Shown piece after piece: positions 36,561 through 46,837 of a stretch of DNA of 64,000 nt; position 1 is the first letter of the stretch; each line of letters begins with the position of its first letter. The notes below the pieces were generated by a model. It made no database searches and was not told where the DNA came from. It saw only the letters and a program-made list of their open reading frames with translations. The stretch comes from Escherichia coli (lineage in GTDB: Bacteria; Pseudomonadota; Gammaproteobacteria; Enterobacterales; Enterobacteriaceae). The stretch lies in NCBI GenBank assembly GCA_002099625.1, contig GCA_002099625.1_4857.1. The stretch is one strand, 5' to 3'. The position numbers and the translations under genes were made by a program.

Positions 36561-38744
36561 TCACTTTGGTAATTGGTCTAGCCGGAAGCCATCCATGTCA
36601 CGGTCGGCCACGCGCTCGGCAAGCGTCCACTCCTCAAATGACGTCCGCACACGGATAACATCAATAGGCGGCTGTACCATATCGATCACAACATCCTGCT
36701 CGACCTTCACGCGGATACCAGGGTAGACATTCATCCGCAACTTAATACGTTGCGGGATTGCCATTTCCTTTATCACGGGAGCGACAGGGATGGGCTTATC
36801 CGTCGTCATGAATGAACTACGGCTCACACGCTGCACGTCTGTCAGAGGGTAAATGATATTTGTTGTATCGGCAGCCTCTGCGAGAATATCATCCAGAATC
36901 GGGATGACTGGGTCGGTGACATCGTAGGTGTCAGAACCCATACGTGCGGCAAAATGGACAGTGTACGACGAGAGTTTCGTCATTAACCGCACCATCGCGC
37001 GTTGTATTTCAGCTTGTGAGACAGACGCACGTGTTTCCAGATTAGTGGCCACGTTTAAAGCGTCGGTGGCGATGTCCTGCCAGGTTTCCGCGGAGACTAA
37101 CTCGTAATCAAAACCAAACGTTTTGAAGAACTCGTCGTAATCGCGGTAAGGTAGGTCAAGATCGCACTTATAGTCACGGTAATGGTAGGTAAACAGCATT
37201 GTGCCGGCAGCACGGTCGGCTAGCTTGTGTCGATTATACGAGTAACGGTAACGACGACGCTTCTGCACCATGATTTCGCTGATTTCATCGTACAGCTCAT
37301 CTGCAGACATCAAATTGCCGATAACTTCATGATGCGTGTCCGTGTAATAGTTAATCAACGCATTAAAACGGCCGGGCCATGAGCTTGGCAGATGCTGCTC
37401 CATCTCATCAAAACCAACCCAGCGTTTGATTAGCACACCAAACACGTTCCACACCGGGATTTTATCCAGTGCTACACCCGAATAACCTTTGAAGCTCGCA
37501 TACAAGAACAGTGCCAGCAGCTCTTTTGAAGTGAGCTTTAGCGTGTCCCCGTTCGTTGGGTTAAGAATTTCGTGGTAAATGTTGTACTGTCCACGTGCCA
37601 CGATATGCATCCACTCGTTGAACAAGCCATGCATAAATTCCCAACGTTCGATGGCCTCTGGGTCAATCGCCGTTACCTCAACTAACTTCGTTGGCAGGTT
37701 CGGATACTGCGTCAAGCTCAAACGCCGATCGAGGTCTTCCTGATAGTCAGGTTCGTGCACTGGGTTATTGTACGCCAGATTGATTTCTTTCTGGATGATG
37801 TCAGTTGTGCTAACAATGTCCAGGTCACGACCCGAGTCACGTTCAGTATAGTTAAGCGATGACTGGTAGCCGATCGGGAGAGGTGTCAGGTCATCATCAC
37901 TGCCCGTCGTCGGGTCGTGAATCTGCTGGGCGACCTTATATCCAACAGCAGGCATACCCCAACCCGTCAGCAGGGTGTCAATCATCCAGGTAAAGATTTC
38001 TTCCTTACCAGAGTTACGTTCCCAGTAACGGATGTTGCGATACAGTGTGAATTTCTGCTTGAGGGTCAGGTACGGCATGAACTCGTGCAGTTCTTGGTGC
38101 GAAGCCAAGAACTCGGTCACGTAGTAGGAGTGCGTTTCGGTCGTAAACTGTAACCGTTTGCGGATGTACATGATAAGCCCCGGCCACACCGGGTACTGCT
38201 GCATGTAAAAGGCCAGTACGAAACAGTCGTTGTGAACTTTCCAGCCATCGGCCATGAACCGCACATGTGCCGCACGAATAAAGTTCTCAATATGTGTAAT
38301 TAACGACGTCTCCTGCGGTTCAACTAAAGCAGGATCGTAATACAAAATTGAGCAGTCATCGACACGTATCGCGTATGCAATATCAATCGGATTGAAAGTG
38401 CCTCGAATATATACTGCGTAGTCCGGATACTCGGCGATTAAGTCGTCGATATACTCCGGGTTAGAACGATATACGTTTGAGGTCTTTTTATGACGGGAGA
38501 GGTTCTGCGTCGTTAACTCTATCTGCTCTTGCGTGTCGAGTGACGTAATGTATATCGGCTTGTCGATTGCATGTCGTTTACCTGCTAAGTGTAGGTAATA
38601 CCGCCACGTCTCACGGTTCTCGGAAACGAAACCGCCGTTTTTGGTTATTGCCAGGTTCATCTGTTGTGCGATGCTCTCTGATTTGACAATCAGGGATTTC
38701 GCTAACTGGATAGCCTGGTCACGAAAAATGTTAAATCTCTGCAT
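36561..38744 (-). CDS. large hypothetical protein, possible virion protein
   Basis: Start at ATG 38744 (MQRFNIF); head-to-head with plus gene starting at 38756. Confidence 0.55.
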   Translation of the reverse strand: MQRFNIFRDQAIQLAKSLIVKSESIAQQMNLAITKNGGFVSENRETWRYYLHLAGKRHAIDKPIYITSLDTQEQIELTTQNLSRHKKTSNVYRSNPEYIDDLIAEYPDYAVYIRGTFNPIDIAYAIRVDDCSILYYDPALVEPQETSLITHIENFIRAAHVRFMADGWKVHNDCFVLAFYMQQYPVWPGLIMYIRKRLQFTTETHSYYVTEFLASHQELHEFMPYLTLKQKFTLYRNIRYWERNSGKEEIFTWMIDTLLTGWGMPAVGYKVAQQIHDPTTGSDDDLTPLPIGYQSSLNYTERDSGRDLDIVSTTDIIQKEINLAYNNPVHEPDYQEDLDRRLSLTQYPNLPTKLVEVTAIDPEAIERWEFMHGLFNEWMHIVARGQYNIYHEILNPTNGDTLKLTSKELLALFLYASFKGYSGVALDKIPVWNVFGVLIKRWVGFDEMEQHLPSSWPGRFNALINYYTDTHHEVIGNLMSADELYDEISEIMVQKRRRYRYSYNRHKLADRAAGTMLFTYHYRDYKCDLDLPYRDYDEFFKTFGFDYELVSAETWQDIATDALNVATNLETRASVSQAEIQRAMVRLMTKLSSYTVHFAARMGSDTYDVTDPVIPILDDILAEAADTTNIIYPLTDVQRVSRSSFMTTDKPIPVAPVIKEMAIPQRIKLRMNVYPGIRVKVEQDVVIDMVQPPIDVIRVRTSFEEWTLAERVADRDMDGFRLDQLPK

Positions 38745-38755
38745 CGGAGACCCCA

Positions 38756-41500
38756 ATGGAAGATATTAGTAAATTAACGGGCGACCCCGCGGTAGCTGCC
38801 ATACTGCGTAAGTCCACGAGCCCGTCGGCTCAGCAGCAACGCGGTAAGCGTGAAGATGGCGGCGTTACACCAACCCGTACAGAACTCACGGGCATTGCGA
38901 GTAGCCGCATTCGCACCGTTAAAAATGCCGAACGTATCTTTGATGCGCTCCCTGAGTTAGAGGTCATTGTTACCATCGCGACCTCCTCACTCCTGTCCAC
39001 AAAAGATTTGATTAACACCACGCTGATTTACGACAACGTGGCTGATATCCCGATCGACCTGCGTCAACAGTTGTTGGAACCTGTGCGTGAATTCCATGAC
39101 CACACGCGCCAGTTACCCAACAAACTGTATCAGTGGATTTACGATGCACTGAAATCCAAAGGCGCGAGCCCGGTGTTGCTGATTTCAGATACCGGATTCG
39201 ATGAACTCTTCGGCTTAAAGCCGTCTGTTGCAACCGAATCGTTGCGCCGTAGCCAATCTGACTTCTTTGAACGTCAGTTGGGTATCCTGGGCAAGATTGG
39301 CGGTGAAAACAAACCGAAGGTTGGTGTAGAAAGTATTCTGGGCCGTGCACGTGGCGCTGACAAGCCCACCAAGCCACAAACCATTAAACTTAACTTTGCA
39401 GCAGCCCCTAACAGTCCGTTTAAAGCAGACGGTATGTTAGCTTCCCTGGATATCGTTATCACCGACAACCCGCGTATTACCCTGCTACCAGAGGCTTATC
39501 GCCGTGTGGCACAGGAGAATGCTCGCACCGGCCTGTTCGGTCAGTTAGAGCAGTACGCATATGAACAACCTTCTACGCCGACAGGTGCGTCAGAGTATAA
39601 CGCTGACCAGTTCACAGACAGTGAACAAGAGAAGGCAAAACTCGGTTTAATCAACATCGGCGACCTCAACGAAGCGTACCAGAAAACGCCTGAGCAAAAG
39701 CTTTACGGCGAAGTACCGAAGATGAGTTTCTCCGATGCCAACAAAATCGAATACACGGAACGATTACTGCCAGCAGAGTCCACACTCCCGCTCGTTATCG
39801 GCGACGATGTTCGTAACCCCATAGGTTATCTGGCCATCGTTGACGAAATGGGTAACTTCATTAACTCGCGCTCCACACTTTACGGTGATGCGAACTTCAT
39901 GAACTACCTGAACAACGACGGTATGGTGGATTCAACAATCAACCGTGCGAATCTGGGGATGGGCAACACAACCCGAATCACACCAGACATTGCTAACCGC
40001 TTAACAGCGCGTTATGGTGAAATTGCTGAAGACCAGCTAACCAAAGCTCTGGGTGAGGCGTTGGGTGGTGCTGAGATTAGCATGACAGTAACCGAAACGT
40101 TCAGCCGTATCATGCTGGCGCGCCATCTGGCAAAACGTCATACGCAGGTTATCTATATTCCTGCGGAAAACCTTTGCTATTTTGCCACGGACTTTGATGA
40201 AGATGGTATCGGTGTATCTATTACCGAACGCTCGTTCGTTATCTCTACTGTCCGTATGGCGCTGTTGTTCGCTACCATGAACTCTGCGGTGTTGAACTCT
40301 GCACGTCACATGCAGTACGACATTGAGTTGGCACCAGATGACATGAACGGTCAGAAAACAATTGACCAGCTGAAAACAGACATCATGAACTCCTATAACC
40401 GTCGTCAACCGATGTGGGGGGACATGAACGACACCTGGGCAATGACGACAAACGCAGGTATTGCGTTTAACGTTATTGGTAACGACTACTACGGTAGTAC
40501 CAAAGTGTCTGTGTCGGACACTACGCCGGATTATAAATACCCGGATAAGGATTTCGACGAAGGTCTGTTACGACGTACTTGTCACATCGCAGGTGTTGAC
40601 CCTGACCTGGTAATGACCCCCGAGAACATCGAGTTTGCTTCACAGATCTTCTCTAAATCGTTACTGGTCACCCAGCAGGTTGTTAAGAAGCAAGAGATTC
40701 TCTCTAAGCCACTGACACGTTACGTAGTTAATGGGATGTTGGCCTCTCCGTCGTTGCAATCAGCGATGATTAAAATCATTGCAGAGTACATCAATGCTAA
40801 CGGCAATGGGATGACTACTGACCAGATTACGAAAAAGGTCTCTGAGTATCTGGCTGCGTTTATCAACGGTATGAAAGTAACCTTACCACCGCCAGACACC
40901 TCTGCAGCAGCTTCGCAGATGGAGCTGTTCGATAAACGTACGGAGTTCTTTGAGAAGCTGGCTGATCTGGTTGTAACGGATGACATTGCTGCGCAACTCC
41001 AGCAAGAAGGTATCTCGATGGACCCGAACGATCTGAAGACGATGATCAAATCCTTCTATACGCGCAACTGGCTGCGTAAACAAGGTATTGAAACCGACTT
41101 CTTCGATCTGGTTTACGACGATGATTCTCGTCAGGACAACATCACCATGATGACTGATGAAGCGATGGCTGCTTCGAAAACGCTGATTCAATTGGCGAAA
41201 CGTTTCACCGGGCGACTGGAAACGTTAGCGAAGAATGCCGACCTTGATCCTAACGATGCTTCCGGCGGATTCGGTGGTGGTTTTGATGCGGGCGGTGACA
41301 CCGGCGGTGGTGATGGGGATCTCGGCGGTGGGGGTGACGATGATTTAGACCTCGATCTCGATACGGATAACGGCACCGGTGGTGATAGTACAGAGGAAAC
41401 TACTGAGTCGACCGAAACCACGGAAACAACTACCGAGGGAACGGAAGGCACAGAAGGCGGTGAAGGAACTACCGACGACAACCCAGACAACGTCCTCTAA
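38756..41500 (+). CDS. large virion-associated protein, portal-like candidate
   Basis: Continuous 914-aa plus-strand ORF while minus frames are fragmented; C-terminal Gly/Asp/Thr/Glu low-complexity tail; portal assignment is speculative. Confidence 0.55.
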   Translation: MEDISKLTGDPAVAAILRKSTSPSAQQQRGKREDGGVTPTRTELTGIASSRIRTVKNAERIFDALPELEVIVTIATSSLLSTKDLINTTLIYDNVADIPIDLRQQLLEPVREFHDHTRQLPNKLYQWIYDALKSKGASPVLLISDTGFDELFGLKPSVATESLRRSQSDFFERQLGILGKIGGENKPKVGVESILGRARGADKPTKPQTIKLNFAAAPNSPFKADGMLASLDIVITDNPRITLLPEAYRRVAQENARTGLFGQLEQYAYEQPSTPTGASEYNADQFTDSEQEKAKLGLINIGDLNEAYQKTPEQKLYGEVPKMSFSDANKIEYTERLLPAESTLPLVIGDDVRNPIGYLAIVDEMGNFINSRSTLYGDANFMNYLNNDGMVDSTINRANLGMGNTTRITPDIANRLTARYGEIAEDQLTKALGEALGGAEISMTVTETFSRIMLARHLAKRHTQVIYIPAENLCYFATDFDEDGIGVSITERSFVISTVRMALLFATMNSAVLNSARHMQYDIELAPDDMNGQKTIDQLKTDIMNSYNRRQPMWGDMNDTWAMTTNAGIAFNVIGNDYYGSTKVSVSDTTPDYKYPDKDFDEGLLRRTCHIAGVDPDLVMTPENIEFASQIFSKSLLVTQQVVKKQEILSKPLTRYVVNGMLASPSLQSAMIKIIAEYINANGNGMTTDQITKKVSEYLAAFINGMKVTLPPPDTSAAASQMELFDKRTEFFEKLADLVVTDDIAAQLQQEGISMDPNDLKTMIKSFYTRNWLRKQGIETDFFDLVYDDDSRQDNITMMTDEAMAASKTLIQLAKRFTGRLETLAKNADLDPNDASGGFGGGFDAGGDTGGGDGDLGGGGDDDLDLDLDTDNGTGGDSTEETTESTETTETTTEGTEGTEGGEGTTDDNPDNVL

Positions 41501-41565
41501 ACAAAAAAGAAAAAGAAATAAGGTTTACCTCTCCCTTCGGGGAGAGGTACCTTTTCTTTTTTAAT
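41500..41565. terminator. bidirectional intrinsic terminator
   Basis: Stem tacctctccc/gggagaggta with ttcg loop, flanked by A-run upstream and T-run downstream; sits between convergent genes. Confidence 0.75.
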
Positions 41566-41863
41566 CTTCTGTAGCAGCTTTGGGTTTATTAACCAGTTCG
41601 TCGAGCATGATACCAATCGCCAGAGGGTCGTTCTGGAAAGGTTCTAGCTTTTCCAATACCTTTGTATCCTTTGCTGCTTTTAACGCCTTCAGGAGGCCTT
41701 TACGGGCGTTATAGAAGATTTGCCAGCGACGTCCATGACTGATCGCTGTTTTGGCTTTGTGGAAGTCGGCTAAGAAAGCTTCAGTCGCTTTGTTTTCAGG
41801 TAACTCAAAGCGAAAACGCACACTACGCTCAAAATCCATGTTGACAACAATGAACTTTACCAT
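41561..41863 (-). CDS. hypothetical protein
   Basis: 100-aa ORF. Confidence 0.5.
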   Translation of the reverse strand: MVKFIVVNMDFERSVRFRFELPENKATEAFLADFHKAKTAISHGRRWQIFYNARKGLLKALKAAKDTKVLEKLEPFQNDPLAIGIMLDELVNKPKAATED

Positions 41864-41897
41864 GCTCGAACCTCATTATAGAGCTACTCTATAATAA

Positions 41898-42182
41898 TTA
41901 CGCCAGCGTAATGTGGTACTTATCAATGTCAGGGAATCGCTCTTTGATCATCCCGCAGAACATATCTAGCACCGGATCAGTTTTTGCGGCCTTCTCCATC
42001 TCAGGAAAAACGCTACGCAGTGGCACGCCAGGGTTCTGCCCTGCCGTTTTCTTAAGCTCTTCTTTATACTTTGCCAACAGAGATTTAACCCCTGTTGTCT
42101 TCGGGAAGCCACACCCTGCGACCCCATCGTTTTCAAAATAGATTACTGCTTCAACACTAGACATTTTAATACTCCATTTCAC
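41898..42182 (-). CDS. hypothetical protein
   Basis: 94-aa ORF. Confidence 0.45.
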   Translation of the reverse strand: MKWSIKMSSVEAVIYFENDGVAGCGFPKTTGVKSLLAKYKEELKKTAGQNPGVPLRSVFPEMEKAAKTDPVLDMFCGMIKERFPDIDKYHITLA

Positions 42183-42187
42183 GGTAG

Positions 42188-42224
42188 AATAAAAAATAAT
42201 AATAGGAGACCCGAAGGTCTCCGT
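42188..42224 (-). terminator. intrinsic terminator
   Basis: Stem ggagac/gtctcc with ccgaag loop; A-run on plus strand. Confidence 0.7.
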
Positions 42225-42229
42225 ATTAC

Positions 42230-43906
42230 TTAGTACAACACTGGTGCAGTTTTCTCACCATTGCTCAGAAGCAGATAGGTGTGCTGCGGCAGCTGCATCA
42301 ATACAATTGCATGTGGCACGTTTTCCTGCACAGCTTCGTAGATAGATACAACAGGGTCTGCGGTATTGCCCAAAGACGCTACCGTAACCACATCATGCTT
42401 ATCAACGGAATGGTACATGCCTGGAATTACAATAGTGAACTGGCTCTGAATCAGATTAACTACTTTGCCGGAATCGCTCAGCTTAATAGTCAGTTTGCGC
42501 AGAGAGTTCGCCACCATCAAGAACAGGTCACGGAACCAGTCTTCATATTCACTGACGCCGTTGTCGCCAGCGGTTGCAGTGAACAGATCTTTTACGAAGA
42601 AATCAATATCGCTGATTTTGCGTTCGAAATCGATGGCTTTGAACTTCGGCACATCTTTACCGCGCTTAGTGCCCAGCGACAGCGCATTGTGTACCAAGAA
42701 CGTGATGTTCGCCAGGTACGCATTAGCAAAGCGAGAAATCTCACTGATAACCACTTCTGCTTCGCTGCTGTTCGCAATCGCATAATCGTGCAGTTCTTTC
42801 GTGTTCTTACGCAGTTCATCGATCGTACGTTTCACCTTAGCCATGATAGTTTCAACATCTTCTACCAGCGCCAGGCTGTCGAGATCGGATTTCAACGCGT
42901 CGTGCTTAGCAACAAATTGCTTCATGCGTTCGCACATATCAGTGTTAACACCGACCAGATACGCGCGATAACTATCCCGTGCACGCACAATCAGGTCAGC
43001 CCCGTCGTAGAAAACAACCTCTTCATTACCGTTAAAGATATCTTGCAACGGTGTAGCCCAATCACGCGTTTCCGCGTAAACAGATTGCTTAATGCGACTG
43101 TTAGCTTCCTTCGCTGGAATCGACATTTTAAGCTCGGGGGTTTTCAGCTCGTGAAGTGCGTAGTCTTCCATCAAATCAATCTCCTGCAGAATGTTGTTAA
43201 TTGGGCCATTGGTAGTGTCCTTCTCGGTTTCTTCTGTTGCGCCGAGTGGGGAAAGCACTGGGTTATTAACTGTAGCATTAGACACCGGCATTGGTTGTAC
43301 AGGCACCTGTGCTGGTTCAGGCTGGGGCTGTTGTGCTGTGGCTGGGACTACTTGCGCCGGTTGTGGGTTCAGGATAGGATCACTAACCAGGTTAAGACCT
43401 GCACCGCCAGCAATCACGGTTAGTGCCGCATCCGTGTTACCAATCTTAACGCCACCGGATGGCGCAGAAGACATGGTCAAGCCATCAGTAACACGCACAC
43501 CGCCAGAACTGTTACCGCCCAGTAACCCGCCTGCGTTGCTACCACCACCTAAACCACCACTGCCACCCAAACCGCCGGACTGCTGAGAACGAATTTCGGC
43601 AAGAATCTTACCGACTTGTTCCCAAGCATTAACCAGTTTGGTGTGACGATCGTCGTTATACGCGTCGCCTGCGTTATGCACCTGCTGATAGGCAGCTGCT
43701 TTATACGCATCGACTGCATATGCGATAACCTGTGCTTCACTACCCCCTTTGGATGCTGCCCATGCCGCAACATACGTCGCAATCTTTAACGCCTGATCTG
43801 GCGGAATGCTACGACTACGCATCACGTTATTCAACTGCGACAGTACCGCGTCCTGATCGAGGTGTTTAACGATGACGTTTTTGATTTGTTCAACAGTAAT
43901 GCTCAT
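42230..43906 (-). CDS. hypothetical protein with Gly-rich and Pro/Gln-rich low-complexity regions
   Basis: 558-aa ORF; the antisense 380-aa plus ORF is judged spurious. Confidence 0.55.
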   Translation of the reverse strand: MSITVEQIKNVIVKHLDQDAVLSQLNNVMRSRSIPPDQALKIATYVAAWAASKGGSEAQVIAYAVDAYKAAAYQQVHNAGDAYNDDRHTKLVNAWEQVGKILAEIRSQQSGGLGGSGGLGGGSNAGGLLGGNSSGGVRVTDGLTMSSAPSGGVKIGNTDAALTVIAGGAGLNLVSDPILNPQPAQVVPATAQQPQPEPAQVPVQPMPVSNATVNNPVLSPLGATEETEKDTTNGPINNILQEIDLMEDYALHELKTPELKMSIPAKEANSRIKQSVYAETRDWATPLQDIFNGNEEVVFYDGADLIVRARDSYRAYLVGVNTDMCERMKQFVAKHDALKSDLDSLALVEDVETIMAKVKRTIDELRKNTKELHDYAIANSSEAEVVISEISRFANAYLANITFLVHNALSLGTKRGKDVPKFKAIDFERKISDIDFFVKDLFTATAGDNGVSEYEDWFRDLFLMVANSLRKLTIKLSDSGKVVNLIQSQFTIVIPGMYHSVDKHDVVTVASLGNTADPVVSIYEAVQENVPHAIVLMQLPQHTYLLLSNGEKTAPVLY

Positions 43907-43937
43907 TGTAAATAATACTCCTTAAGAGATGTAATAA

Positions 43938-45716
43938 TTAGCGGCCGATTTTAGCAATGTCTTCTTCGGTCGGTCTGATGTACGGGTCCAGTTTAGGATT
44001 CCGCATCATTACCAAACTTGGGTTGGTCTTCATGTACGGGTTGAGGATGTTCGCCTTAAACGGTGCCGACTTAGGAATATAATAGACGTTACCACATTCC
44101 AGATGCGACGCGGATGCGTGCTTAGTACGGTCGTTCAAGTTAACGGTCTTGCCTCCTTTCTTCGAACGCTTAGCATCGGTTTCGGTTTGACCGATGGCGT
44201 GCGTAGACACTGCCAATACCATTGATTCTGTAGAGGCATTGAAGAAACTGATACCGCCGTTGCTCGTAATGGTGCGCATCACCAGATTGAGCACGATCTG
44301 TTTGTTCAGTGCGTCTCGAATAGACTTCGCCGCTGTCTCTGGAGTCCGATGTTCCAACTGCCCCAGCTTCCAACGTATTTTCGAGATCGTTGTGGTAAAG
44401 CCACGTTGGCCCAACAGTAAGTAATCGGTTACCGTGAGACGTTTTCCGTACATAGACGGAATATCATCTTGTTTGGTAAGACGAGTACGCACCATCAGCT
44501 GCGTGGTATACCAGAGGAAATCAAACATATCCAAATCATCAGGGATGGACGGATCGTTTGCCATCAGCTCACCACGGAAGGTGCTGTTGACATAGCGTTC
44601 ACATTCCTGGAAGTGGCTGTCCATACTGCGACTCAGTTCGATATCCGAAGGCTTCAGTCCGCGAATACTGCGGCCCAACACTTCACGCCAAGACGCTGCA
44701 GAGTTGAGGTTTGCAATATCTTCGTCCATTGCCATTTCATTAATCTGTGTAAACAGCCCCGGCAGTGTTGGTGCACGACCGTTCTTACTGTTCTGTTTAC
44801 CTGCGTAATAGTGCGCCGCTTTGAAGAATGCGGCAGTCGCTACCAGCAACAGATGTTCGTTTTGATCCCAACGCCCTGCATCGGTGTTAGGCATATCTTC
44901 ACGTTTAACCAACAGCACGTACTGGATGGTCTTCGCGAGTTGTGGCTCACCGGATTGAATCACCACATACTTCGTTAAGTCCACATCACGTACTTTAATT
45001 GCTGGCCAAATCGCCACATCAACGCCCGCATAACGCTTCACGGCTTGTTTAAAGCCATAACGCCCAAAGAGCCAATACATCAGTGGCTTCTCATCGGTGT
45101 CGTGTCCAATCTGTCCGGTTGAGACAAACAGATTCGATGTACCTGGCAAGAACAGCTGCTCAGGGCGACCATTCACCAGAATCTTCGTTGGTTTCTTACA
45201 GAACTTGATCGACACCTTGCGAGTGAAGTCAAAGTTAATAAAGATACCACCATGCTCACGACATATACCAGGTTGATGGATTACAGGTGCTACGTGGTAC
45301 GTTGTACCATAGTAGTTCATTAAGCCGCCACGACGAATAAACGGCAGGCTCATTGGTCGTTGTACCGGGCGAGGATCACCTGGAACTCGGAACGAGGCCA
45401 TTACCATATACGTGTCAGTGGATGAGATGTTAATAATTGACCGGCCACGATTATTTCGTGAATTGTTATCCGACTTCGATAACTTAAAGATAAAAGCTTC
45501 AAACGGCGACATTTGGCGACAACCTAGTACCGTTAACCCTTCTGGTAATTTCGGGTTATCGATTTCATCATACGTCAACTCACGACGTAGAATGGTTGCC
45601 ACACGATCATGTATCCCATCTTTAGCTTGTGTGTACCCAACTCCTTCTGCAATTGCACGATTAAAAGGCACTATTTCGCCTGCCTCTTTAATCTTCCTAA
45701 TCGCATCTTTAAACAC
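43938..45716 (-). CDS. large hypothetical protein, possible virion protein
   Basis: 592-aa ORF. Confidence 0.55.
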   Translation of the reverse strand: MFKDAIRKIKEAGEIVPFNRAIAEGVGYTQAKDGIHDRVATILRRELTYDEIDNPKLPEGLTVLGCRQMSPFEAFIFKLSKSDNNSRNNRGRSIINISSTDTYMVMASFRVPGDPRPVQRPMSLPFIRRGGLMNYYGTTYHVAPVIHQPGICREHGGIFINFDFTRKVSIKFCKKPTKILVNGRPEQLFLPGTSNLFVSTGQIGHDTDEKPLMYWLFGRYGFKQAVKRYAGVDVAIWPAIKVRDVDLTKYVVIQSGEPQLAKTIQYVLLVKREDMPNTDAGRWDQNEHLLLVATAAFFKAAHYYAGKQNSKNGRAPTLPGLFTQINEMAMDEDIANLNSAASWREVLGRSIRGLKPSDIELSRSMDSHFQECERYVNSTFRGELMANDPSIPDDLDMFDFLWYTTQLMVRTRLTKQDDIPSMYGKRLTVTDYLLLGQRGFTTTISKIRWKLGQLEHRTPETAAKSIRDALNKQIVLNLVMRTITSNGGISFFNASTESMVLAVSTHAIGQTETDAKRSKKGGKTVNLNDRTKHASASHLECGNVYYIPKSAPFKANILNPYMKTNPSLVMMRNPKLDPYIRPTEEDIAKIGR

Positions 45717-45727
45717 ACCGGCCTCCC

Positions 45728-46732
45728 TCAGAGAATCATCCCAACGAGTGCTACCCCTGCAGCCAAATACGCGGGAATGGATTTCAAGAACTCCGAGCTA
45801 TCTTTTCGCTGATAAGCTCGGGACTCGTATTGGTCTTTACGAACATCGGAACGCAACTTAAGCTCATTCGTCTGGATTGCGTTAAGGGTGTTAATCCTCT
45901 CCTTCTCCAGCGCCAGATTATTAAGTTGCGTACGATAATCGAGGTCTTGCCGATTCTTTTTCTCATCGAGATCTTGCAACTTGGCCTGATACGTGGCTTC
46001 CAGCTTCGCACGAACATCTCGCAACTCTGGAATGTTATCGAGCCACCGATAACGCCTCGCTTCATCTTCAGATGCAAACGCCCGGAACGGGGACATCGGG
46101 TCATCGAAAGCGTACATTATCATCTTACCCCCTTCGACACACTCCGCACCACCGATTACCATGTAAATACCCTCGTCGTAATACTTCGATCGAATCGGTT
46201 CGACTTCCAACATCGTTGTATAGAACCTCAGCCACTTTAAAGGTGCTGGGTCTTCGTACTTCTGCACAACTACCACGCCCAAGGCAAATTCTTTACGATC
46301 CCCTCCAGGCTTACCAATAACCTCAGAATCGAGTTTTACTGGTTGGGTAGAGAAAGCCATTCCTAGCTTCTTCAACACCACCAAGTCGCCTCGCATTAAT
46401 GCACCGATATCATCAACTACATACATCAGCGTTGTTTCGCCGTTCGTAGTTAATTCCTTACATATCTGCGCATACTGCTTTGGCGAATGTGCGTCGCGCA
46501 AACCAGATAGGTTAGCACCGTTCGCAAACACCGTATAGGTCACGTAAATAACAATCCCAAATTCCGCCGCTGTGGTGGACGACGGGGCTAAAACAAAATG
46601 CCCGCCACTGAGTTCAGTGACGTAAATGGGAAACCCGGTATTATTTTCGTACGTGATAGTCTTCGACACGGCACCACGGTGCATGGGCCGCTGGGTTAGC
46701 GTTGGCTGAACGTCTAAATCATAACGGTTCAT
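45728..46732 (-). CDS. hypothetical protein with C-terminal TM anchor
   Basis: Start at ATG 46732 (MNRYDL); C-terminus IPAYLAAGVALVGMIL; class B promoter 35 nt upstream. Confidence 0.5.
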   Translation of the reverse strand: MNRYDLDVQPTLTQRPMHRGAVSKTITYENNTGFPIYVTELSGGHFVLAPSSTTAAEFGIVIYVTYTVFANGANLSGLRDAHSPKQYAQICKELTTNGETTLMYVVDDIGALMRGDLVVLKKLGMAFSTQPVKLDSEVIGKPGGDRKEFALGVVVVQKYEDPAPLKWLRFYTTMLEVEPIRSKYYDEGIYMVIGGAECVEGGKMIMYAFDDPMSPFRAFASEDEARRYRWLDNIPELRDVRAKLEATYQAKLQDLDEKKNRQDLDYRTQLNNLALEKERINTLNAIQTNELKLRSDVRKDQYESRAYQRKDSSEFLKSIPAYLAAGVALVGMIL

Positions 46733-46766
46733 TGAGCATCCCAGTAATAATACCAAAAGAATTATT

Positions 46767-46790
46767 CACGTAGATAATATCTATCTCAGA
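46767..46790 (-). promoter_or_regulatory. class B phage promoter-like motif
   Basis: Minus-strand TCTGAGATAGATATTATCTACGTG. Confidence 0.5.
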
Positions 46791-46837
46791 TTACTTTGGG
46801 CACGGGTTCATACCCAGTGCCCGTAACGTAAAAAACT

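Noticed and set aside
42281-43423. 380-aa plus-strand ORF antisense to 42230..43906
   Set aside because: Shadow ORF with no RBS and odd composition (C/H/R/F-rich); the minus ORF is continuous and sits in the operon.
46798-46822. Hairpin gggcac/gtgccc between 46756 and 46838 as a terminator
   Set aside because: On the minus strand the T-run precedes rather than follows the stem, and on the plus strand no U-tract follows; more likely a 5' UTR structure or coincidence.
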